Positions 20,009 to 29,350 of a DNA stretch of 64,000 bases are shown here, piece by piece; the stretch's first letter is position 1, and every line of letters begins with the position of its first letter. The translations under genes were made by a program, and so were the position numbers. The stretch is from Desulfobulbaceae bacterium (GTDB lineage Bacteria; Desulfobacterota; Desulfobulbia; Desulfobulbales; Desulfocapsaceae). The stretch is taken from assembly GCA_003249645.1 (NCBI GenBank), contig QKIH01000035.1, forward strand, positions 6,495 to 70,494, given 5' to 3'. The notes beneath the pieces were generated by a model. That model was not told where the DNA came from. It ran no database searches and saw only the letters and a program-made list of their open reading frames with translations.

Positions 20009-20647
20009 TCACTTAATTTGCCCAGTCAGCAATTCCTGCAGGTACTGACCAAGATATGACTTAACATCCCCAACACATACATGCGGTTCTGCCTGCTCCG
20101 AAATGGAGGTCATAGCAACACCTGAAAGTCCGCAGGGAGAAAGCCACGAAAATGGTTCCAGATCAAGATCGACATTAAGCGCAAGACCGTGATAAGTCAC
20201 CCCGTGCCTTATTGCAATTCCAATAGATCCCAACTTTTTATCCGCACACCAGACCCCGGCATTTCGCTCGTCACGATGTGCCGCCACGTTAAATGAGGCC
20301 GCCGTTCTAATCATAGCTTCTTCAAGGAGGAAAACATATTCATGAACAGAAATGCCATACGATCTCAACCTGAGCAGCGGATAGGCAACCAGCTGCCCCG
20401 GAGCATGGTAGGTTATAAAGCCCCCCCTGCCGGTGGAAACAATATCGATATGCCTCTCTTTCAGGAAGCTTTCCTGAACCCCGAGATATTGTTCCCCGCC
20501 CCTTTTGCCAAGAGTCACAACAGGAGGATGTTCGACAAGAAAGCACCTGCTTTCAGACTCATACCCGTCAACTATCCTGTCAACAGAAGCCAGCTGCAGC
20601 TGGAGAACCTCCCTGTAAGGAGCCAATCCGAGATCAACCAGCTGCAT
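20009..20647 (-). CDS. lipB: octanoyltransferase (lipoyl(octanoyl) transferase)
   Basis: 212 aa. Has the LipB pattern (HPPVVTLGKRG, TGRGGFITYHAPGQLVAYP, KLGSIGI). Adjacent to lipA. Confidence 0.9.
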   Translation of the reverse strand: MQLVDLGLAPYREVLQLQLASVDRIVDGYESESRCFLVEHPPVVTLGKRGGEQYLGVQESFLKERHIDIVSTGRGGFITYHAPGQLVAYPLLRLRSYGISVHEYVFLLEEAMIRTAASFNVAAHRDERNAGVWCADKKLGSIGIAIRHGVTYHGLALNVDLDLEPFSWLSPCGLSGVAMTSISEQAEPHVCVGDVKSYLGQYLQELLTGQIK

Positions 20648-20649
20648 GG

Positions 20650-22107
20650 TTATCCTATCAGGCAGGGCTTTCTGGCAGCCTGTGTTTCATCAAGCCGTCT
20701 TACCTTACTGATACAGGGTGCCTCATGAAGCAGTTCAGGATTGCTTTCAGCCTCGCCGACTATTGTTTTGACTGCTTCAATAAATCCGTCGATATCATCT
20801 TTGCACTCAGTTTCAGTCGGTTCGATCATAATGGCGCCGGAGACAATCAACGGGAAGTAGATAGTCGGCGGATGATACCCATAATCAATCAGCCTCTTTG
20901 CCAGATCCAGTGTCATCACCTTATGCTTCTGAAGATGCTTATCTGAAAAAACACATTCATGCATACAGGCTGAATCGTACGGCAAGTGGAGAACGTCCGT
21001 CAACCGCGATTTAACATAGTTGGCATTCAACACCGCGTATTGACTTGCTCTTTTCAGATTTTCTGCACCCATCGAAAGGATATATCCATAGGCTCTGATC
21101 AGCACACTGTAGTTGCCGTGAAATGCATGCAGCCGGCCGATAGAATGTTCCCCGACGCTCACCATTGCATATCCGTCATCATTCCTTACGGCCATTGGTG
21201 AAGGCAGGAACGGCAGCAGTTTCTCAACACAAAGCACCGGCCCGGCCCCAGGACCGCCACCGCCATGAGGAGTGGAAAAGGTCTTATGAAGATTGAGATG
21301 CATGACATCAACACCGGTTCGGGCGATATCAACAATCCCCATAACGGCATTCATGTTGGCTCCGTCCCCATAAACAAGCCCGCCTTTACCGTGGACGATC
21401 TCAGCTATCTGCTGAATCTCAGACTCAAATAGCCCCAAGGTATTAGGATTGGTGATCATAATCCCGGCTGTCTGCTCATCCATCAGAGCAGCAACACTCT
21501 CCGCCGACAAGGTCCCTTTGGCACCCGATTTGACAGCAACAGGCTTAAAACCGCATAAAGCTGCACTGGCCGGGTTGGTACCATGGGCCGTATCAGGAAT
21601 AAGAATTTTAGTCCGCTGTTCACCTTTGGCTTTAAAATAGCCGGCAAACATCAGCATTCCGGCAAGCTCGCCCTGAGCACCGGCAGCAGGCTGCAAGGAC
21701 ACACCGGCCATACCGGTTATAGCCTTCAGGTATTCCTGCAGGTCATAGAGCAGGCGGATAGTTCCCTGATTGAGCCCATCTTCCAGCATAGGATGACTGT
21801 TAGCAAGAGACGGGCTGGCCGCAAGCTTCTCATTGAGCTTCGGATTATACTTCATTGTGCATGAACCCAATGGGTACATGCCGGAGTCGATACTGAAATT
21901 CCACTGTGACAGACGGGTGTAGTGGCGTACCACATCCAGCTCTGCCAGATCCGGGAAACGGACATCTTCTCTGCGGCAGTGTTCTGGAAGTGCTGCCTGA
22001 GGCACATCACTCTCCGGGATGCTCATCGCACACCTGCCATTCTTACCCTTCTCCCACAATAGCGGTTCATTAAAAATCAACCCGCGGGTTCCCGGCTGAT
22101 CAGCCAT
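20650..22107 (-). CDS. gcvPB: glycine dehydrogenase (decarboxylating) subunit 2
   Basis: 485 aa. PLP-lysine region HLNLHKTFSTPHGGGGPG. Overlaps gcvPA by 8 nt. Confidence 0.95.
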   Translation of the reverse strand: MADQPGTRGLIFNEPLLWEKGKNGRCAMSIPESDVPQAALPEHCRREDVRFPDLAELDVVRHYTRLSQWNFSIDSGMYPLGSCTMKYNPKLNEKLAASPSLANSHPMLEDGLNQGTIRLLYDLQEYLKAITGMAGVSLQPAAGAQGELAGMLMFAGYFKAKGEQRTKILIPDTAHGTNPASAALCGFKPVAVKSGAKGTLSAESVAALMDEQTAGIMITNPNTLGLFESEIQQIAEIVHGKGGLVYGDGANMNAVMGIVDIARTGVDVMHLNLHKTFSTPHGGGGPGAGPVLCVEKLLPFLPSPMAVRNDDGYAMVSVGEHSIGRLHAFHGNYSVLIRAYGYILSMGAENLKRASQYAVLNANYVKSRLTDVLHLPYDSACMHECVFSDKHLQKHKVMTLDLAKRLIDYGYHPPTIYFPLIVSGAIMIEPTETECKDDIDGFIEAVKTIVGEAESNPELLHEAPCISKVRRLDETQAARKPCLIG

Positions 22108-23440
22108 GCTGCACCTCCTCTGCTACCATATCCATCACATCCTTTGAGGTCTTTTCCGTTACCCCGAAGAGATAACAGTTTGCCAATTGCGGGTAGTAAG
22201 CGCCCAATGCCAATCCGGCAACGATGTTTTTCCCAAGAAGTTTTTTCCTGACAGGTTCGAAATCAAAACCGAACTTCACGACGAACTCATTAAATGTCGG
22301 GCCATGGCTGACAATTTCTGCTCCGCTCTGCACGAACTGCTGTTTGAAGTATTCGGCCTTGTCATAATTGAGACGAGCCAGCTGTTTTAAGCCTGTTCCT
22401 CCCAGGGCACTCATATAGATTGCTGCCGAAAGAGCACAGATTCCCTGATTTGAGCAGATATTTGATGTCGCTTTTTCCCGCCTGATATGCTGTTCGCGCG
22501 TATTCAGTGTCAGGACAAAACCCCGTTTGCCATCCAGATCATTGGTCTGTCCGACCAGTCTTCCAGGCATGGCGCGAACGAAATCCTGCTTGCAGCCGAA
22601 CATACCAAGTGCTGCGCCACCAAACGATTTTGCAAGCCCCAAACTCTGCCCTTCACCGCAGACAATATCTGCACCCAGATCTCCCGGGCTGTTATAGAGG
22701 CCAAAGGCAAGCGGCTCAGAAAACGAGCAGACCAGCAGTGCACCCAGCTGATGGACGTTCTCTGCTATTGATCCAACATCCTCAATGACACCGAAAAAGT
22801 TCGGTGAGCCAACGGCAACAGCAGCCAGATCATCCTGAAGCTCTGCAAGTATTGAAAAATCGGTTATGCCATGCTCGTCAACCTCAAGCTCGACAATTCT
22901 ATATTCTGTTGCCTGAAAATAGGTATGCACAACCTGCCGATAGTGAGGATGAATCGCCCCGGAAATCGCCACGGTCTTGCGTTTTTTGCCAAGCCTGATT
23001 GCCATCAGCAGTCCTTCAGCCAGAGCTGACGCTCCGTCATACATTGATGCATTGGCAACATCAACGCCCAGCAACCTTGCCGTCAAGGTCTGGTATTCAA
23101 ATATTGCCTGCAGAGTTCCCTGGGATATCTCCGGCTGATATGGCGTGTAAGAGGTGAGGAACTCTGATCTTCCGGCAAGCTGTCCGACAAGTTCCGGGAT
23201 ATAATGGTCATTGCTCCCGGCGCCGATCAGAAATTTGGTATCGCCGTCAATCTTCATCATCCTGCCCAGCTCATTCATATGGGCAAGCATTTCATATTCG
23301 CTTTTGGCTTTCGGCAGTTCCATGAGGTTCTGCCTGCGGCACTCTTCAGGGATTGAGGAGAACAGCTCTTCAAGAGAGTTCTTCCCAATCACCTGAAGCA
23401 TTTGTCCGATTTCTTCTTCCGTGTGTGGCAGGTATCGCAT
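22100..23440 (-). CDS. gcvPA: glycine dehydrogenase (decarboxylating) subunit 1
   Basis: 446 aa. Has the typical P-protein alpha pattern (FLTSYTPYQPEISQGTLQAIFEYQT). Confidence 0.95.
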   Translation of the reverse strand: MRYLPHTEEEIGQMLQVIGKNSLEELFSSIPEECRRQNLMELPKAKSEYEMLAHMNELGRMMKIDGDTKFLIGAGSNDHYIPELVGQLAGRSEFLTSYTPYQPEISQGTLQAIFEYQTLTARLLGVDVANASMYDGASALAEGLLMAIRLGKKRKTVAISGAIHPHYRQVVHTYFQATEYRIVELEVDEHGITDFSILAELQDDLAAVAVGSPNFFGVIEDVGSIAENVHQLGALLVCSFSEPLAFGLYNSPGDLGADIVCGEGQSLGLAKSFGGAALGMFGCKQDFVRAMPGRLVGQTNDLDGKRGFVLTLNTREQHIRREKATSNICSNQGICALSAAIYMSALGGTGLKQLARLNYDKAEYFKQQFVQSGAEIVSHGPTFNEFVVKFGFDFEPVRKKLLGKNIVAGLALGAYYPQLANCYLFGVTEKTSKDVMDMVAEEVQHG

Positions 23441-23441
23441 A

Positions 23442-23843
23442 CTATTCTTCTAAGGATTCGAGATAAGCTTCAGCATCAAGCAGTTGATCATAATCTTCAA
23501 GGTCTTCCATCCGGATTTTTATTATCCAGTTTTCATACGGATCGGCATTCAACAACTCCGGAGATTCCGAGAGGTCCTCGTTAATTTCAACAACTTCTCC
23601 AGACAGCGGCATATACATCTCCGAAACAGCTTTAACAGACTCCAGGCTGCCGAACTCATCACCCTGATCAAAGCTGTCACCGACCTCTGGCATGTCCACA
23701 AAGACGATATCACCAAGTTGATCCTGGGCAAAATCGCTGATGCCGATATAGGCAAATTCATCTTCAATTCTGGCCCATTCATGATCTGCCGAATACCTGA
23801 TGTCGTCCGGTAAAATCAGTTCATCCAACTCTTTCATCTTCAC
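23442..23843 (-). CDS. gcvH: glycine cleavage system H protein
   Basis: 133 aa. Lipoyl-lysine motif LESVKAVSE and YSADHEWAR. Confidence 0.95.
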   Translation of the reverse strand: MKMKELDELILPDDIRYSADHEWARIEDEFAYIGISDFAQDQLGDIVFVDMPEVGDSFDQGDEFGSLESVKAVSEMYMPLSGEVVEINEDLSESPELLNADPYENWIIKIRMEDLEDYDQLLDAEAYLESLEE

Positions 23844-23846
23844 ACC

Positions 23847-25115
23847 TCATTTAAGTGCAATAAATTTTGACAATGCCATTCCGGCCGTTCTCGACGGCCT
23901 TATTTCTTTCCTTATTTCCACTTCAACAGCTCTCCTTCCCGATACCAGTGAAACCCGCTGTCCGATCTCGACTTCTCTATCGACCAGAACAAAACCGCAG
24001 CTTAGACCTTTAATCGTTGTTTTTTCTTCTTCGCCCATATCAATTAAAGAGATTATTTCATCACCTTTTCGATGTATTGCCATATCAGTAGTACAGGTCA
24101 GAATTCTACCGATCCTGTTCCCTTCCAGGTCGGCAACAAAACTCGTTTCACCGGGAAGAATCTTTCTCGGATCAAATCCGGCAAAGCCATAGGTGAAACG
24201 TTTGTCCTTCTCGTTTATGACAGCGCTATCACCAACAAATTCCTTGGTGAAGCTGCCGTTTTCATCCGTCGGCAGGACAAAATCCCAGGGTGTATTGCCG
24301 AAAATCCAATCACCAATATCCTGATGGGACAACGGAAGCATTGCTCCAGCCCGAAGCGAATCACGGGCAGCAAGACCACACGGAATCAGGCCAAAAGGTG
24401 CTCCGCATTCCATGATCTCCTGCCAGAGCGCCAATGCCTTTTCGGGCTGAACAAATATCTCAACACCGAATTCGCCTGTATAGCCTGTCCGCGAAAGCAG
24501 AATTTCCGTTCCGCCTTTGGTAAAAACCGCCGGGTTCGCCTTGCCCGGTTCAAAACATCCCCGATAAGAGAAATAAACAAACTGATCAAGTGCTGCGGCA
24601 GGATCAGCCAGTAGCTGCTGCAGTACCTTGCCGGTGGCTCTTCCCTGAACATCGAGTTTCACCAGCCGATCGGTATAATCAATTATATGCACATCCATTG
24701 CATATGTTGCAAGGTGGGCTGCAACTTTCTCTCCCATCGAGGCATTAACAACCAGCATAAACATCGAATCGTGGATTTTATAGACGATGGCATCATCAAG
24801 TACCGTGCCGTTTTTCAACAGAAAAACACCATAGGCACACCTCCCGGCAGCAAGAGGCTGATGCTCCTTTCCAAGACACCTGAGAAGATCGCGCGAAAAG
24901 CTCCTCTGGAGCAGTGCAAAGGCGTCTTTACCTTCGATAGTCAGAAGCGCCATATGGCTGGTATCGAATAGACCGGCCTGTTCAATCACGGCCAGATGCT
25001 CCTGCTTCGCCCCGGTTTTATACCAGAGCGGCATTTCGTAGCCGCCAAAGGCTGCCATATTGGCACCAAGATTCACATGGGTTTGATAAAAAGGTGTTTT
25101 TTTAACAGGTTCCAT
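23847..25115 (-). CDS. gcvT: aminomethyltransferase (glycine cleavage T protein), long form
   Basis: 422 aa. N-terminus TPFYQTHVNLGANMAAFGGYEMPLWY...GLFDTSHM is GcvT-like. About 50-60 aa longer than typical GcvT. Confidence 0.9.
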   Translation of the reverse strand: MEPVKKTPFYQTHVNLGANMAAFGGYEMPLWYKTGAKQEHLAVIEQAGLFDTSHMALLTIEGKDAFALLQRSFSRDLLRCLGKEHQPLAAGRCAYGVFLLKNGTVLDDAIVYKIHDSMFMLVVNASMGEKVAAHLATYAMDVHIIDYTDRLVKLDVQGRATGKVLQQLLADPAAALDQFVYFSYRGCFEPGKANPAVFTKGGTEILLSRTGYTGEFGVEIFVQPEKALALWQEIMECGAPFGLIPCGLAARDSLRAGAMLPLSHQDIGDWIFGNTPWDFVLPTDENGSFTKEFVGDSAVINEKDKRFTYGFAGFDPRKILPGETSFVADLEGNRIGRILTCTTDMAIHRKGDEIISLIDMGEEEKTTIKGLSCGFVLVDREVEIGQRVSLVSGRRAVEVEIRKEIRPSRTAGMALSKFIALK

Positions 25116-25122
25116 AGGTCTC

Positions 25123-25566
25123 CTATTTGCTCAGCGGCACTTTCAGATCAAAACTCTTGTACACCACAAAGGTTTCCACAGAGCGGACATTTGTTATCTG
25201 AGATACTTCATCGGTATAAAAATCAAGGATGGTATAGCCGGTGTTGAGCAGGACCGTAACAATCAGATCATAACGACCAGTAACAACACAGACGGAAGTC
25301 ACGCCTCTCAGTTTGCTGAATTCTTCACCTTTTTTAACCAGGTCCATATCTTTGACCCTGACCCCGACCATGACCACCGATTGATCAGGCAAAGCCTCCG
25401 GATCAACAAGACCGGTTATTTGAAGAACCCCTTCTTCTTTGAGTTTTTTTACTCTGGCGCGAACAGTTCCTTCAGCGAGCGAGAGCCTGTCGCCTATCTG
25501 CTTGAAAGGCATCCTGCCATCTTTCAGGTAATGAATTATTGCTATACTTGTTTCATCCAGCTGCAT
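25123..25566 (-). CDS. Lrp/AsnC-family transcriptional regulator
   Basis: 147 aa. N-terminal HTH (LDETSIAIIHYLKDGRMPFKQIGDRLSLAEGTVRARVKKL) plus a RAM/ACT-like C-terminal part. Ends 7 nt upstream of gcvT. Confidence 0.85.
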   Translation of the reverse strand: MQLDETSIAIIHYLKDGRMPFKQIGDRLSLAEGTVRARVKKLKEEGVLQITGLVDPEALPDQSVVMVGVRVKDMDLVKKGEEFSKLRGVTSVCVVTGRYDLIVTVLLNTGYTILDFYTDEVSQITNVRSVETFVVYKSFDLKVPLSK

Positions 25567-25687
25567 TTTTTCCTCGACTGATCTTTTTCGCCATCATTCA
25601 GATGACTTTGTCAATATTTTGCTATATAATTGCTGTATTCGTATTTTGCAAATATGTTTTTGACGTTTTCAACAGTAAGGATGAAAA

Positions 25688-27097
25688 ATGATGAAAATAA
25701 AGATAGCAGTTCTAGGCGGCGGCCCCGGAGGGTATTCAGCAGCTATCCGGGCAGCACAACTGGGCGGAGACGTCACCCTTGTCAATAATGACCAGCTGGG
25801 CGGGACATGTCTTAATTACGGCTGCATCCCTTCAAAAATGTTGAAAAAGGCCGGAGAAATTTTTTCCCATTGCATCGACTCAAGTCATCTCGGCATACGC
25901 ATCGAAACACCTCCCGTATTTGACATGGCGAAACATTTGGAGTATCAGCAGCAGACTATCCTGCAGCAGCAAAAAGGTGTCGAGGCTCTTCTCAAGAAAA
26001 ACGGCGTAAACCACCTTCAAGGCCAGGCGAGATTAACAGGTTTAAACTGTCTTGAGATATTACAAGGAGATGGAATCATCCAGCTTGAGTGGGACAAATT
26101 AATCATAGCAGCCGGAAGCAGCCCGTTATCAATTGGCGCGTTTGCCTTTGATCACCGACATATCCTCTCATCAACGGACATATTACGTCTTGTACAGCTT
26201 CCGAAATCGATTGTCATTGTCGGCGGGGGAGTTATCGGTTGTGAATTTGGTTCTATCTTTCGCGATCTTGGCTGCGAAGTTACCATCGTTGAAGCCGCTG
26301 ATCGCCTTCTCCCTCTGCCATCTCTTGACGAGGAAATATCGAAAAATCTTCAGCGCGAATTTAAAAAGAATAAAACGGTAGTTCTGACCAGCCATCTGGT
26401 CAACAGCGTTGATATTCGTAACAACCTGGTACAATGCAGTATTTCATCGGTCAAAACCGGGAAAAGCACAGTTGTCGAGGCTGAAAAGGTGCTTGTAGCA
26501 ATCGGACGAAAATCCAATGCTCAGTCACTGAATCTTGGCTGCATCGGCATACGGTGTGATTCAGCAGACTGGATAACAGTGGACAGCCGGATGCAGACCA
26601 GCTGTGAAAACGTTTATGCCATTGGTGATATTACCGGGCCGTACAGGCCGATGCTTGCGCACGTTGCCGCAGCAGAAGGAGAGGTCGCCGCAGAAAACTG
26701 CTTCGGCAAAGGCAAGAGCATGCGATACGACAATATCCCCAGCGGCATCTTTACAACTCCTGAGATAGGCTCCGTCGGCCTCTCGGCAGGGCAAGCACAG
26801 CAGCAGGGACTTGAAACAGCATCTGAAACAGTACTCTACCGCTCACTGGGAAAATCACATGCCACCGGTGAGATTGCAGGCCTTGCCAAGATTGTTTTTG
26901 AGCAAAACAGTCGGCAGATTATCGGCGTGCAGATCATCGGAGCAAGGGCAACAGATATCATTGCCGAAGCGGCTCTTGCTGTTACCATGAAGGTGACACT
27001 GAATGATCTGGTTGACACGATTCACGCACATCCGACCTTTGCCGAGATAATCAGGGAAACGGCCCAAAAAGCAGTTGGTTACCCGCTGCATGGATAA
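25688..27097 (+). CDS. lpd: dihydrolipoyl dehydrogenase
   Basis: 469 aa. FAD motif GGGPGGY, redox disulfide GGTCLNYGCIPSK, NAD motif GGGVIGCE and a C-terminal HAHPT. Confidence 0.92.
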   Translation: MMKIKIAVLGGGPGGYSAAIRAAQLGGDVTLVNNDQLGGTCLNYGCIPSKMLKKAGEIFSHCIDSSHLGIRIETPPVFDMAKHLEYQQQTILQQQKGVEALLKKNGVNHLQGQARLTGLNCLEILQGDGIIQLEWDKLIIAAGSSPLSIGAFAFDHRHILSSTDILRLVQLPKSIVIVGGGVIGCEFGSIFRDLGCEVTIVEAADRLLPLPSLDEEISKNLQREFKKNKTVVLTSHLVNSVDIRNNLVQCSISSVKTGKSTVVEAEKVLVAIGRKSNAQSLNLGCIGIRCDSADWITVDSRMQTSCENVYAIGDITGPYRPMLAHVAAAEGEVAAENCFGKGKSMRYDNIPSGIFTTPEIGSVGLSAGQAQQQGLETASETVLYRSLGKSHATGEIAGLAKIVFEQNSRQIIGVQIIGARATDIIAEAALAVTMKVTLNDLVDTIHAHPTFAEIIRETAQKAVGYPLHG

Positions 27098-27142
27098 CAG
27101 AAAATGTATGCATCTTTTTCCCCGAAGCTTACAAATAAGCCT

Positions 27143-27170
27143 TTGACATTTCTTCAATTTATCTGATACT
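27143..27170 (+). promoter_or_regulatory. candidate sigma70-type promoter of the flp/tad locus
   Basis: TTGACA (27143-27148), a 16-nt spacer, then GATACT (27165-27170), about 70 nt upstream of the flp ATG. Sequence match only. Confidence 0.35.
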
Positions 27171-27239
27171 CTTTGAGTGCAGTCCAACGTTGTCGTACAC
27201 TTACTGGGAAACCAAACCGAAGCATCGAGGAGAATCGCC

Positions 27240-27509
27240 ATGAGGTTATTAAAAAACAAAAACGGCCAGGGAATGACGGAATACATCATTATCGTAGCCC
27301 TGATTGCCATAGCAGCAATTGCAGCATTTACTTATTTTGGTCGTACTGTGCGTACCCAGACAACAGCAATGACCCAGTCCCTTGGCGGTGATGCCTCCGG
27401 CGCTAAAACTACCGAAGAAGGTCTGAGCACCATATCGAGCGATGCTGCAACCGCAGGCAAAGAGCAGCAAACGCTTAAAGATTACGTTCAGGAACCATCT
27501 GGAAACTAA
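27240..27509 (+). CDS. flp: Flp-family type IVb pilin
   Basis: MRLLKNKNGQGMTEYIIIVALIAIAAIAAF has the Flp motif (G/xxxxEY followed by a hydrophobic helix). GAGGAG RBS at 27228-27233. The upstream part of the tracked ORF was rejected. Confidence 0.85.
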   Translation: MRLLKNKNGQGMTEYIIIVALIAIAAIAAFTYFGRTVRTQTTAMTQSLGGDASGAKTTEEGLSTISSDAATAGKEQQTLKDYVQEPSGN

Positions 27510-27589
27510 CTTTATCTGTTTTCCATTATTCGAGGAGAACATGGTGGCTCTCCTGAACTGTCCCGTTCATTGCAACAGAACAGCTTGAA

Positions 27590-29350
27590 ATGGCAGGAGA
27601 AAATCGCTGTCATTTCAAGCTTTATAATCTTTTTGCGCTGAAATTCCCTCTTTCTTCTCAGCGGGGGCAGTCTTCTGTCTTTGTCCTTGTTATGCTGACC
27701 GTTGTTATTGTCAGCGCAATTTTTCTTTACAAGTCAGGTCGACTGACAACCGAGAAAATACAGCTTCAAAACGCCGCCGACGCAGCGGCTTACAGCGCCT
27801 CCGCCCTTGAAGCAAGATCAATGAATTTTGCGGCTTACACCAACCGTGCCATGGCAGGCAATGAAGTCGCCATAGCCCAGGCCGTAGGTCTGCTTTCTCT
27901 TGCCGATGAGTGGAAAGCCATCAACGACTACTTTGAAGTTTATGCCGATATCCTCGATGCAGCCGGGGCAGTCCTTGATATCTTCGGCGGTGCTGGGGCG
28001 CCGTTAAATACAATGGCAGAGGTCCTGCGAACAATCGGTGAGGGATATGAAGGCGCCGGAGACGGGCTTAACGCAATAATCCAACCCATTGCCGGCTACT
28101 GGGTCAAGGCCTTTTCAGTCATCAACACCATTTACAGCTATGCCCAGGAAACCTATCATCTCACCACCATCGCGCTGGTAAGTGATTCAATTTTCAAGAA
28201 TCTTGAAGGCAATGTGGTGGGGACGGAATATAACGGCAACCTCCTGCAGAACCTGTTTGACCGCTCCGGTGACAAGGCCATGATATCAGGGATGGACTAC
28301 ATCGCCCTGGTCGGTCATTTTGCCACCTACATTAACGGATACACCAAACGGTTCACAGTGGGCAGCAAGGATGAAGAAGGCAGGCTGGCAGCAACCGTCC
28401 GTGAAGCAAGAGATCCTTTCAGCAGCGGCGATACAGCAAAAAACAGCGACGGCGTCGAGGAAAACAGGGACTGGCGCATGGCTCTGGAATCAGAACACAT
28501 CACCCACTTCACCATCAATCTGCTGGTCAAGAAGATACGGATAAAAATCGGCTATTCATTTGCCTTCGGCATATACAGCAAAGGCGGATCCGAAGTCATA
28601 CAGAAAGACGACAAACAGTTTGCCTGGTCAGCAATTGACACTTCAGATCTAGAGGTTCAGCTGGCAATTTACCCCTTCTTCGATTTTCATCCGGGCATCC
28701 CAACAGGCGGCGGAGCCTCACAGGCAGCCTCTTCAGAAACTATACTCAATGAAGCGGACATCTCAAGTGATGTGAACAATGCTGTGCTGCCGGGTTACGG
28801 CGGTGCTCCTGATTACAGCATCAGCTGGGATGAGGCAAAGATAGTCATACCGGAAAAACAGATAGAAGGAGCTAACTACAGCGGGCTTAAGGCATACCGG
28901 GATGTGAAACCGAAGCAGGATTCAAATCAGGACAGCGGTTTTTTCCCTTTCAAGTCACCCTTCTTTCTTATCGGCGTTGTCAAAGACCTCGACGCCATGA
29001 ATGAAAACGAACCCAAAGCTGCCGGGGATGATTTTTCCCTGTCCCACGGCACACAGCATAAAAACCTGATTGCAACAGTTGCCAAATCCGAAGTCTATTT
29101 CAAACGGCCGACCGACCTCAGCTATTTTGCACGCGAAGACGGCAACCAGGAAAACTCAAACCTTTTCAGTCCATTCTGGCAGGCACGTCTGGTTCAGCCG
29201 AGCGAGTTTGACAGATTCATAACCATTGCTCTACAGCAGGGGAAATTGTGGATCTCCGAAAAGGCAAAAAAAGACATCGATAAAATCCCTTTTATCAACG
29301 TCGAGAAAATGTCCACCACCATAGAAAATTACCTGCAGAGGTTTTTATGA
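27590..29350 (+). CDS. TadG-like pilus assembly protein / large pseudopilin
   Basis: 586 aa. Prepilin-like N-terminus QRGQSSVFVLVMLTVVIVSAIF followed by LQNAADAAAYSASALEAR, as in the TadG N-terminal domain. Confidence 0.7.
   Translation: MAGENRCHFKLYNLFALKFPLSSQRGQSSVFVLVMLTVVIVSAIFLYKSGRLTTEKIQLQNAADAAAYSASALEARSMNFAAYTNRAMAGNEVAIAQAVGLLSLADEWKAINDYFEVYADILDAAGAVLDIFGGAGAPLNTMAEVLRTIGEGYEGAGDGLNAIIQPIAGYWVKAFSVINTIYSYAQETYHLTTIALVSDSIFKNLEGNVVGTEYNGNLLQNLFDRSGDKAMISGMDYIALVGHFATYINGYTKRFTVGSKDEEGRLAATVREARDPFSSGDTAKNSDGVEENRDWRMALESEHITHFTINLLVKKIRIKIGYSFAFGIYSKGGSEVIQKDDKQFAWSAIDTSDLEVQLAIYPFFDFHPGIPTGGGASQAASSETILNEADISSDVNNAVLPGYGGAPDYSISWDEAKIVIPEKQIEGANYSGLKAYRDVKPKQDSNQDSGFFPFKSPFFLIGVVKDLDAMNENEPKAAGDDFSLSHGTQHKNLIATVAKSEVYFKRPTDLSYFAREDGNQENSNLFSPFWQARLVQPSEFDRFITIALQQGKLWISEKAKKDIDKIPFINVEKMSTTIENYLQRFL

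Noticed and set aside
25567-25687. A glycine riboswitch might lie upstream of the gcv operon.
   Set aside because: The 121-nt divergent spacer is AT-rich. It shows none of the conserved GGAGAG...CACCG-type glycine-aptamer elements I can recognise. An Lrp-type regulator sits at the head of the operon instead.
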